A stretch of 64,000 nucleotides of DNA from Catajapyx aquilonaris (lineage: Eukaryota): assembly GCA_000934665.2 (NCBI GenBank), contig JYFJ02001575.1:1-64000 (forward strand). Direction: 5' to 3'. Position numbers and translations under genes: made by a program. This document shows positions 28,901-41,600 of the stretch, piece after piece (positions within the stretch are counted from its first letter, which is position 1; every line of letters starts with the position of its first letter). A model generated the notes under the pieces. It was given only the letters and a program-made list of their open reading frames with translations. It searched no databases and was not told the origin of the DNA.

Positions 28901-31900
28901 ATAATGGCTGGGAAATTAAACAAAAATATTTCTGTCCTTACAGGTGCCTCACCCCGAGATCCGTTTACTTCTATGAATTTCCGCCATCAGGTAAGTAGCC
29001 TACTACAAAAATTATGAGGGTAGTAATAGTCAATATTTTTTTGAATTAATGTAGGCTGTAAAATTATATAAGCAATCTCCTCAATGATTTATATTGGCTC
29101 CAATGGGTTCAAATATTGAACATTGCTTTACAGACAAACAAAGGTAACCACAATTCGGGAATTTGGCCACTACTTTTCCATGATATTCTAATATTGGAGT
29201 TGAGCTCTTTCAAACAAAAAAAAACTGAGTCGGAAGATAAAAAGAGAAGTTTTCTTTCAAGTCGAGTGCTTTGGACAATTTGAGATTCATGCGGTGGACA
29301 CACAAGAAAAATGTTTCTCTTCCATTTTCGATTCAGAATGGAACGGATCTCAGCAGACAACCAAGAAGAAACTCGGGTTGGGGAAGCTGCTGAAAGGCCT
29401 TAAGGTACACCGGAAGGAAAAAGGCTCTCCCCGACACTCCTCCAAGAGCAAAGACGCCTCGGATCAGAGGGTAAGTCTCCTCCAGTCATCGTCATCTGTT
29501 ATTCATGTGAGGGATTGTCCGACCCTGCAACACCCCACCCAAAAAAAGTGGAGGAAAAGAATATCTTGGACCCCCTCTTTATTGGTGTTGGCGTGAAGGG
29601 TTAGGGCTCCAACTTTGAAAATGGAAAGACTCTTTATTGATTCATACTGTACAGCTTCTAGCAAGAAATGTAATGTAAAATACCTCCGACATTTTACTGT
29701 ATACAGAAGATAAAACAGTGCAGTGCAAGTGAATGTAAATGACTAAGAGTGTACCCTAAGGAGAGCCGCAACCGCCGAAAAAAAGTCTGCGAAAATTCTC
29801 ATACATGAATATAAAGATTAGGCAGCTGCTCTGTTAGAAGGTGATGAAAAAAAGCAGTGACAATGAGCGATGGGCGTGGTCCCCTTTTTTTGTTATATTC
29901 GCGGCAAGGCTCCCGTCAGCAGATGTTCCAGCATTGGCATTGCAATTTTCTGGTCGTCATGCCTTACAAAACACTTGGCTGAAGCTGTAAAAAAGAAAAC
30001 TAGCAGCTTGCAAATTGCTAAAAAACTTTGGCAATCAAGGAGCCTTCAAGTGCGACAATGCAGTGTCATACAGTTACAAAATTCTTGACCCGTCTGAAGC
30101 TGGTGGGAAACCCACGAGTTGTTGAATATCTCGAGTATAAATCCAATTTGCATCCCATAGCAATGGCAATGCATTCCCAACACGCCTCTGGAACCACCAT
30201 CTGGCCCAAGTGCTCTCCTGCAACTGTATTAAGGATTGGCAAATGGAGCAGCCAGCACTTGGGACAGATATCCCGAATGGAACCCGCGTCTCCTCCTTAA
30301 CACCACGTTTTTTTTTTCTTTCTTCTCTTCCTATATATATTCCAACTGTGGTGTGCCTCCTTCAGAGTTCTGGAAGCGATTCGGGACCCATTCTGGGCAC
30401 TCCCGTGGGAGGACTGCCATCCTTAGGGACTCCGGAGAGCGACAGACTCAGGCTACTTCCAATGGAGAGGACCAACGAAAGACTCCAGGAGACCATTCAG
30501 AGGGTAAGGAAAACCACCTGTAATCAATTTGCATATTTTTTTACACACCCAAATATTTGCAGTTAAAGGCAAGAGAGGTGCAGCTTCGGAAGGAAAAATT
30601 CGCGAGAGAACACGAAGAGGTGAGTTTGAATCGATTTCATTTGCATGCACTGTGAACGTGTTGAAAAGAAGAGCTAATCGTGCGGGGCTTGTGTGTGTGG
30701 ATAGGAACATTTTGGCTTTGCTCCCAGAACCAACCTCAGTACAAAACTGGTTTTTTTGGGGGGCTTCAATTTTTTTTAATACAGGGAACCAATCGGCTCT
30801 GTGGAATGAGATTAAATCTCAGTGGATTTTTCGGGGATCGATCTTGGGGAAGTCCACATTGCCCGCTGGCTGTTTCCTCATTAGTTGAATTATTCAACAG
30901 TCGGACATAAAGCATTCATAGTGCCAGCCGCCATTTTTCGGACTGCTCGGTTACTAGTTTGAGGTAGTTTTTTTTCTCTCTCTTTAAAACGAATCCGCGG
31001 TTTATGACTCGCATTTTTCGATAGAAGAATTCTGTGACCGATCACAGTCCATCAGCTTCTGTACGTATACACTGCACACACATCATATTTTGCACTCAAT
31101 TCGCGACCCTGCCATCCTAACGATCAAAACCCTCGCCGCCCCCCAATATTCGCAATATGTCGCCAATAATATCCCTTCCAATCCATACTCCCCCATTGCG
31201 GCACCTGTTGCACCCAATTAACGCCCCCCCCCCCGTTCCCCCAATAATAATCCTCTCATCACTAAACACTACATATGATAGCTCAAGCTGCTAAGCTGCT
31301 TATCATCAAGTTGCTTATTAAGCAGCTTAATTGGCAGCAAGTGTAGCTGTTGCCAAACATTAGATTACTACATTAAGTTACTTAACTGCTTTGAACAGGC
31401 AGCTACCGTAGCTTATGTCGATATTAGTTACAGAATTAATCATTTTTAAAGAACAAAAGAAACTTACATAAACTATATACACCACGTATACACTCTAGGA
31501 GTGTCCGGAACAATTTAACATTTGAACTACAGAAATAGCAGGTTAGCCTAGCTGTTTAAATAAACAGCTATTGTAACTGTTGAGAAGCGTTATTGTAACT
31601 GCTTAAACAAGTAGTTATTTATAGCTACTTGCAAATCAGTTGCAACATCGTATAACAGGATGCTATTTCAACTGCTTAAGAAGCAGCTATACTGCAGCTG
31701 TTGTCGATATTCGTTACATTAGGTTTGCCTAACTGCTTAAATAACCAGTTATTGTAACTGTTGGTAAATATGGTTAACTGCTTAAACAAGTGGCGGTTTG
31801 ACAATATTGGTTATGTTATGATGCTATTTAACTGCTTGGCAAATCAGCTAGTGCAGCTTGTTATTAATATTAGTTATATTATGTTTGCTTAACTGCTTAA

Positions 31901-34900
31901 ATAAGCGGCTACTTTAGCTGTTGGCAAATATTAGGTTATTTAACTGGTTAAGCTATAGCTATTAGTTACTAATATTTATCAACAGCTACAATAGCTGCTT
32001 GTTTAAGCAGGCAAATAACCTAATATTTATCAACAGCTACAATAGCTGCTTGTTTAAGCAGGCAAATAACCTAATATTTATCAACAGCTAACAATAGCTG
32101 CTTGTTTAAGCAGGCAAATAACCTGATATTTATCAACAGCTACAATAGCTGCTTGTTTAAGCAGGCATATAACCTAATATTTGTCAACAGCTAGAGAAGC
32201 TGCTTATTAAGCTGTTAAGCAAACAATATAACTAATATTGATAACCAACGACAGTAGCTGCATGCCAAGCAGTTAAATAGCATCATATTATAAGTAATAT
32301 TAAGTTATGCTATTTAACTGCAGCTACTGTAGTTTGTTATCAATATTAGTTATATTGTTTGCTTAACAGCTTAATAAGCAGTTTCTCGAGCTGTTTACAA
32401 ATATTAGGTTATTTACCTGCTTAAACAAGCAGCATTTTAAAAAAAAATCCGCACCATCGTTGAGTTAGAAGGAGGAATGTATTGCATGCAGTACATTCCT
32501 CTAACTCAACAATTGTTCGGAATTTTGAAAAATGTGTAGGATGGTTTCTTGTTCCCAGTGCGAAATTATGCCTAGACACAAAATCTGCAGCGTGTAGTTT
32601 GAATAGCACTCTTTCTGTGTCTGATGAGGTTAATATGCTGTTCAACCGCTTAAACAAGCAGCTACTGTAAGCTGTTGGAAAACATGAGGTTATTGAACAG
32701 GTTAAAACCCTGGTGGCGGGCATTTTGAAGGCCGGTTCTCTCAATGTCAATGGCAAGGTTGGGTCGCTCCCATTGGAAAGGGGGGAGAGGCCGAAGCCGA
32801 ACTCGTGGCCTCTCCTTCTATATCTGGGGAGCATTTTACCTTGAGCGGGCTCTTCCTTCCGCCTGCTCAGCCTTCAGACGCGCGACTCTGATCTATATTT
32901 GCCGTGAGGAGGCCTTGGCACCGGCCGGCCCCATTTTTTCAAGGCTGATGGGCCCCCTGTTTGACCCTGATGCCTGGGCTCGGTTCAATGCCGGGACCCC
33001 AATACCCACATTGGAGAGGGGCCGCCCCCGTTTCCCCTAAACGATGCTCCACATTTACAAGGGAGGTGCGCGCACACCCATGGACACCACACACACACAC
33101 ACACAGGTCGAGGGGAGGAAAGGGAAAAAGTGGACTGCCCCACACACACTGTAGCAGGTGTCGGATGGCCTCGGTTGGACCACGGTCAAGGATACCTGCT
33201 CCTATAGGTAGCCTCATATGATCATAATAAGATATGCAGCACGTGACATGTTAATTAGTATAATAAATGTGAGAATTTTACTATTTTTTTGAAGGGCGTG
33301 AGATAATTGTAGTTTTTTTTTCCCTGGAAGTTATTCAATGCTGCACAGGTGCAAGATGCATGGAGTGAAAGTTTGGGTTAGATAATCACTGGCCTGCTCT
33401 GCGTGGTACAGGGTGGCCTAGAGATAATACTGTGCATGCACTGGTAATTGCAAGACGTAATCCAATGCAGGTTCTCTCTAGAAATGGGATTTGTATGCTC
33501 TGCAAAATATTTGTTTTATGCGAAATATTTTAACTGCATTTTTTTTTGTAAGTACAGGGTGTGTCAGGGATTTCCTAAGCAATTATTTTTAAAATGTAAC
33601 TCTCGAAGTTGTCAAAAATAATGGCTAATGTTAGTGGTTGGCTTTCATACTTTTAAATCTAGCTTGCAAGTATGTCTATTTATGGTATTGCCATCCGGAC
33701 TTGGAAGTTCCTAGCCGTATGTTTCTGGCGTGGCTATTTTTTCCTAGTCCTTTTTTATTTTTATTTTTGGTAGCAAGAATTCGAGGCTTATATGGAAGGA
33801 AAAAATAGGTCCAAAGTTCTTCGCTGAAGTTTAGAGCGCGTAAATCTTTCTCCTTGAACCACATGGGGAGCATCTGTGAACTGCCCTATTTGGTGAAGGC
33901 TATTTTAAACTTTATTATTATTATCTATTTTGGAGGTGTTTCGAGTGCGTATTTTAAAATATAGTCCATATTTTGCGTCTTAAATTACTGCACGTGTATT
34001 TTACAATTTTCTGGCTGTACTAAAATCCATTATTAATTATTATAGTAGATTTATTGATGTACATTAACTAATACGGCTGTAGTAATCAGTCATTTTGTAT
34101 AATTTATTATATGCCATTCCTGCAGCTCCCATTTAAACCACATGTGTCGGTGTAACAACTAACAAGGGCTAACATTACCCATATTGGTCCGTATAACTAT
34201 AACTTTAATTATTATCATTAGTATATTGGACGAATTTAGGTCATGCAAAACATTCAGTCCAGCCAAACAACACAAGGTGTTCCAAAAGTCAGATCCGATA
34301 GTGCACGGTGCTATTATAAAGGTCTTTATAGCTGCCATTAAAAATTGCTGCTGAAGCCGTCGGAAATTGATAGCGGATAACATCGTTAGTTGTCGATAGC
34401 TGCTGATACCGCAAGTTACTTCTGCCAATGCAAGTCTCGTCTGCTGTCACTTAACAAATAGCGGTAACTCGATACCCCCCGGATCATTATGTCTCACCGT
34501 CAGACACCTCCACTATCGACAAACCCGTTAGTGAAAAGCACGGCTGGAATAGTGCACTTAACCAGGCGTATACACAGTACCAAACAGGTCAGTGTACAAC
34601 GTCGCGAATTTATGGCAAAAAATAGCATAAACAAAAAAATTAGTTGCCGTTATTACAATTAGGAATTTAATTAATTAACCGTGTCATTAATTAATAATAC
34701 TAATGACGGTGATAATTATTGTGTTGTTATTATCCATTAAGTATAAAGCCTCCCCCTTCAAATAATTATTGCCTGTACCGGTGTAGACTGTATTATGATA
34801 ACAAGTCTTGTCAGTTAGTGGTCCCGCCCCCCTCCAGTGTTGTCGCCCACTTCCTCAAAACAAGATCAGGCAGCGATTTAGATTGCATTTCGTCAAGCTC

Positions 34901-35263
34901 AGATAAACTACCCCTGGAGTCCTTGGTTAGCATGAATCTAAAGTCAGCACTCTGAGCCCATTAGCCCCGGTGTATATACACACCACGTGTAGAAAAAAAA
35001 GAGAGAGACAGGATGTTATTGTATTCTGAGAATGAATGCGTAAGTTGTTTCAGGTGACACCTGATAAAAACCTGGCGACACAGACTCAGATTTATGATAC
35101 CCTTGTTTGGTCTAAAGTTAGTCATATTTATGCTCACATATTTGCCTTATGTGGCCCTGACACAGTTCCAGGTTTGAACTTCCTTACAGGACGAGGCTTT
35201 TTTTTACGTTTAAAAATTATCGCCACCGCATTTCCCCATGAAATTTTATGAAACTAAAACCAC

Positions 35264-35336
<73 letters not shown>

Positions 35337-35602
35337 TGTTGGTCATTGACAGGTTGATGATGTTTCACATTCTTTTGTCTCTGATTACGTACAGGCATTT
35401 GTGGGCGTTGGTACCCAAGATCAGATTAGAGAACAATCCACACAAATGTTTATGTAATCTCTTCTAAATGCGCATTATTTATATGCCGTGCCATTGCCGA
35501 CACGGTAGGGTGGTTCGCATACAAACTCTTCTCGAATGTATAAATAAAGGTGCGGAATGCAAACACACAGCTATCAAACGTTGACTGCAAAATGAAAGTA
35601 CT

Positions 35603-35692
<90 letters not shown>

Positions 35693-38600
35693 GCTGGGTA
35701 GTTGCTCTCCCCTGCACTTTGCCGGGCTGTAATAAGGTTTCGATGTTATAGGCCAGCAATATTATACGCCCGTTTCATATGCATATGCTGTGAAATTGCA
35801 ATAATTATTCGTGTTATTACCCATCACCTCCTGGAGCTAATCGTAGCTAATACATAATCAGTACATAATTTTGTGAATTCCGAAAACGAATTAACCTTCG
35901 TTTGTGACGAACTATATAGATTCGGATGTGCGAATCAACATGAACTTTAACCCAGTAATACTATCGCCAGATATTATTTATTTAGCCTATTATTTATTTA
36001 TTGCCCATGTGGCATTGTTTAACAGCAACGTCAGCAGAATGTCACCCAATCTGCAAATAACTCGAACCTTGAACTCTCTCGGCGTGCTTACGTCTAACAA
36101 AACATAAAACCTATTCATATAAAAAAATATGAAACGTTCAGATGGCGCTGCATGTCGATTTTATTTTTTAATTGCCGGACGTGGCTCCTCCTCCTCCTCC
36201 AAAAAAAAGGGGGTCCTCGTTGGCCTCTCAGTGTGACAGTGGTCACTCACTGATCATCTAGATGGAAAGAAGCACACAGGGTGATTTTTCATTAGGATAG
36301 TTGCCAAAGTATGCGCATTGTTGCGGATCACGTTATGTTGCGAGTGTGCTAAAAGGTTATTGGCTGCAGACGTGGAATATAATGCTGTTTTGAGTGGGTT
36401 GAATGAGTGTAATGGAACTGGAAGGTCGCGTGTGCTGCGTGCTTCGATATACCAATATCGCAGTTGTAATACCATGAATTCTTGGAAACGGTCGGTTGCG
36501 ACGTATACGTGTGAGTACAATATTCTACCAAGATTTAGCTCAAATTAAGTTATATAGGTAACACCCGAACTGATTGTTTCAATATCCTATTGATAGCTAA
36601 AATTTTGGGGACAATATCGCGGTTTGATTACTGATTTGCAGGGAACCAACACATTTTGCTAATTATCGGGACATGAAAATCCATATCGGAGATTAAGATC
36701 GGCTTGTGGGTTATAAAGTGATTGGAAAATTTTGTAAAATAATTATTACAATACGTGCTGCTCCGCTGTTTCCGATACTTGCTACTAATATCGACAGGTT
36801 AATTAAAATTACGAGCTGCTAATATTGTTAAAATTTTGTGTATTGGCAATGGCTTCCAATTGGCTGAGCTCAGCTAATGTATGATTGTATCTATAGTTAA
36901 TAAACCGGAGCAGCCCAATTTCCATAATTAAAACCGGCATTAAATTTGGGAACGCGCTTCATTGTGCATTTTATACAGTGCACGTCATTCTCATCGTCAA
37001 ACTCTACAAGTTGGAAAAGCTAAATAAACGCAGCTCATCTACGTACATGGCATGCAAGCTGATATTGATAATACATCGCAATTATGTCGACAAAATGTTA
37101 CGTGCAAACGGGGGGGAGGGGCGGTCCTAATTGCTCCTGATGAACAATTAATGCCTGGGATGTAACAAGTTCATTAGGGGGTTGTCTCATAATTATGTTA
37201 TTCACCCCCGCATATACTTGACAAGGCATCTGTAGCGGCTATTTTAAATATTTTAATTATGTTCCGCGCCAGTAAAAATTATTTCCTTCACTCATTGTTA
37301 CAGTACTTGAATATTTTAACATGCCATTCATGACCGCATATATTCTCACGTTACACAAAAAAAATATAGGTCGAGCACCATTCCCAAGCCCTCTCTACGT
37401 AACATTTTCTCTTTCATCTGGGCCTGTCACTTTGTTGGGGGCGAATAAAATACAGTACATCCAACCAACAAAACAGCAGGTGCCAGTAACTGAGAGGCCT
37501 TTGAAAAGTGAAGCTGTGCTTGTGTCCTGTGACCAATATCCCGGTTTGGGTCATCAACTTTTGGGACACTTGGAAAAACACCTCAGTGTGTGTTGGCTGA
37601 CATGCTGGGAAAGGTACGTTTCATCTGTGTGTTTGTTTTGAGGTGAAATATTTGTTTGAAACAACTGGACAAAAAATGTCTTCCCCCCAAAAAATGGCAA
37701 CGTTGCCAGGGCGTTAATTTTGCGAATTTTCCGGTCGGTTGCGTGCCTGATGCGTGCAACGGGTGAAAGTTTTTCGTATAACACACAAGGTCCTTCGAAT
37801 GTGACAACGTGTCAGGTACCTTTGTGCGAGGTGTGTCAGACGTTTTCTGTTGAGAGGAAGGTGAACGAACTAGAACCCCCATATGTGAAGAAGGAAATGG
37901 AAAATTGCCTGACAGTTATATTCGCATGTTATTCAGGATTAATATCTAGGAAAGAGTACAGGGTGAGTCAGATTTTTGGTGTCCCATAAATCTGATTCAC
38001 CCTGTTAAAAGCAAGCGGTGCCTGAGGGAGTGGTTGAGAGGGCTTTGATTTTTCAAAAGCATTACACGGGGTTATTGTGGCAACATCGAACACGGTTGGT
38101 TGTCATGGACCTCCCCCCGAAGTATTTTCCGGCGTGTACCTTCATGCGGAAATGAATATTTGAGCTTCCATGTTGTCAGCCTTCATCCGCCTGTTGGGTT
38201 GTCACAGACTTGGTGCTGTTGTGGTCGACATACACGTACTAGGGCTACTGTACCTGTCTAGGACCTCGCCATATATATATTTTTTGTGTGTGTGGATTTT
38301 GTGGACGCTGTTCCATCAAACAGGTCACAGTATGACAGATTAGGCCGCAAGCCTAGAAAAAAGGATTTCTAGGCCTGCGTCCTAGAAAATGGTAGTCATG
38401 AAAACGGGTTTTTTTTCCAACAGACTATTCTTACTACTATTCTATAGAATGGAGGAAGTAATTGCGATGGTTGAGTCCCTGAGTTAATCAATTACACCCG
38501 ACATCCTGCTCTGCATAATAGAGCGGTGGTTGCTCCAGAGGTTTCAAACCTCCCCCTCCATTGCACCGACCTCTAAATGACTGTGGCTTCAGGTATGCCA

Positions 38601-41600
38601 GCCTCTCATCCGGAATGCGAATCTACACATCTAATTATCCGGATCTCTATACCTTATTACACCTTTTTTTGCACCATACTGTACCCGAACCAATCGGTTA
38701 GGATAGCAATAAACCGTGGCGACAATGTTGGAATATTGGGCTTATACGACCCACTGTAAAAAATTTTGCAACGAAATTTTACAGTTGAAGCCTCAGGGAA
38801 TGATTGTTGGAGAAGAGGAAAATGGCACACACAAGACCCGCTGCATGATTCCTGTTCATTGTGCTGTTTTTTTATATGGAGATTCTGGGGGGGGGGGGGG
38901 GTCCTAGTTTTATCCCCAGCCCCTTTTTGCGAAATTTTTGCGAAGGGTAAAAGTGACCCTTAAACTACCTGTAAAGTAGATTACTCTGCAAATATTATTC
39001 ATGGGGTTTCTGGGCATCCGGATTACCACGGCTCCAGTTTTTTTTACGGCCCAAGCAGTAAAGACTATTATTGGTTCCTCTTTCAGTTTTTACGAGAGAT
39101 ACGTCAGGGACTATTGCAGTACTCCAGAGGCAATGTGGATGGAAAGTCATCTTCTACCTTTTACACCTCAGGTGAGCTGAATTGGAAGAAAGTTAATGTC
39201 CCGACTTCAGGTCAGGACATTTGTCCCGTCTCCACGTCTGGAGAGTTTTGTTAATGGTTTTTTTTTGTAGGCGATGCGGACAACTATATGTACGACGACG
39301 AGGTGTGTCCATGCCCGCCGTTTCCGACCCGGGGTGAACCCGGGGCACATTGGTACGACGAACCTCCGTACGAGAGCGACCCGGAAGACTTCTTGTTACG
39401 GGACGACCCTCTTCAAAATTGCAGGTAAAGGCAACATTGTTCAACAAGGATGCTTCTATTCAACCTATAATATTGAGAATTTTTTTCCCCCCTGTTAAAT
39501 ATGCATGACTCCATCACCCAAAGCGATCTCTGCACATGCAAATTAACGCCTCCCCATATCGGATATCCTGTTGCATTGTTGGTCCACATTCCTGTGGTTC
39601 ATCAGAGCGGATAATGATGGCCACATTTTTTTATATATCTATGTTGTAGAGAGGCCTTCTTCTGCAACTTCAACCCTCCAATGAAAGAGGAGGATGTGAT
39701 ATCGCTCCGGACAGCCGGTGACATCTCGGTCAGGAGAAGTGACCTGCTGGGCAGCAACCAGTACCTGCACCATCATCACCATCACCATCAGCACCATCCT
39801 CCACCACCACCTCCTTCGATCGGATGGGCACAGGCTGAAGTGGATTTTCGCAATAAGGACCTGCCTCCACCGCCCGAGAGTCGAAGCACGGACAGTCTGG
39901 ACAGAGAGGTCGGGGTCAGGTACAGGGTGCATCACCAACAACCAGTGCACCAACAGATGCACCATCACCACCACCAGAACACCCACAGGCATCAGAAGCA
40001 CCAGGAGTTGTACGGAGCCCTAGACCGGTTGTCACCTCTGTCAACATCATCTTCCAGAGAGTAAGTTGTCATGTCATTACAAAACAACCACTCCCAACTA
40101 AAAACGCACTAATGACCCTAATTATCTGTAGGGTCGCAGTGTCTTCCAGACGCCGACACCCATCGTCAGGTTCGTCTGAGCCGTACAGTCGTCTGTACAA
40201 CTCACCGAGACACAGTCGTGAGAGTGGAGACTACCATTTGGACAGCGGTGGTGGAGCTTTGGGTGGCGTGCTTTGGAACGCACGTGGACGCGAGAGTTGC
40301 GGAGATTACGCAAGCTCGGACGTCAACAGCGTGGGATCGCGTCTATCTGGCGTATCCATCGAAACCAACCGATCAGAGTCGCAGCAGGAGACAGGAGATC
40401 TGATGGACTCTCCAAGACCATCGAGGAAGAACGGGGTGTTCAGGAAGCTTAGGACGTACGCGGTGAGTTGCGATCTCAGGCGGTTTCACGCGGTTTGTAC
40501 GCACGGCCAGGTCTGAGGTAATTCTCGGCTTTATTTGGCAGTTATTATAGGAGGATTTTATTGCAATGGAAGGCATGCTCCATGTCACCTGCTGATTTGT
40601 TGTCTTAATATCTGGTACAGTACCAAAGCCCCAGGCCTGGCCCACGTGAAACCGACCTTGTCTGGCTTTCCTTATTGAGTTTGGCGACACGATCCGACGC
40701 TTTTTTCGAACGGTCCTACATTTCCTACAAGTAAACATCCTTTTTCTCCAGACCCTGTGACCCACATCCTTTCCTTCCCCAACAAAAATGTCACCTCCTG
40801 GTCACAACAATAACTCCTGGCACTCTTGCAACCGCTTTTGTGCCCCCTGCTGGCGACAGCTGCTGCAAAGTGTGCCATATCAACACGACAACAATGGGCA
40901 GAGGAACGTCCCACTTTTTTTAATATACCAACGGGTAAACCATGGACGACTAATTACACCGCAATGAATCACAGCAATGAGTAACGAGGATTCTGTAGAA
41001 AAAATCCTTATCTCTCCGTGCAAAGGATTGTGAAGATGAAACTGCGGAGATTTTTTTTTCCCCCTACCCATCCGTCTCCATTTCTGATGTTAGCCCCGGG
41101 GCCGCCCCCGGCCTTCATTTGCATGGAAGGCGCAATGAGCCCTGGTAATGGAAACTAATACCTTCCGTGGTGGCAAATTGCGGTCAGGTGCAGTAATCAA
41201 GACCCCCCCCCCCTACCTCCCATGGGCTATAGGCAAGCAAGGGAAGGGATTATTTTGGCAGATAACGTGCCTATCTGTCATGCTTTTGTGCCTAAAATTT
41301 TGATTGGCCCCTCACTGGGAAAAAGGGAACAATTTTTTTCGCCAATTTGTGGCAGGTATTTTCTAGTCATTGTCTGCAGGGTGACAAATGAACTCTCAGA
41401 AAATGTGGGATTTGCAATATTGAAGTGGAAAGCTCGTTTTTTTAAAAAATGTGAAAGGAAAGTCATGTTTGATCATAATTTTACTGGTTATTGTTCATAA
41501 TTATTAAGCTCGTAAATTAAAGAGCATTTTCATGCCTAATTTTGCATGGTGACTGGTGCATATTGTATTCATTAAAAAATATTGGGTCAGTAGGGCATAC

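Noticed and set aside
33553..33873. TACAGGGTG TIR-like end plus a faintly transposase-like ORF
   Set aside because: Similarity is too weak to call without a profile search.
35574..35759. Poly-Ile ORF
   Set aside because: Translation of the (ATT)n microsatellite.
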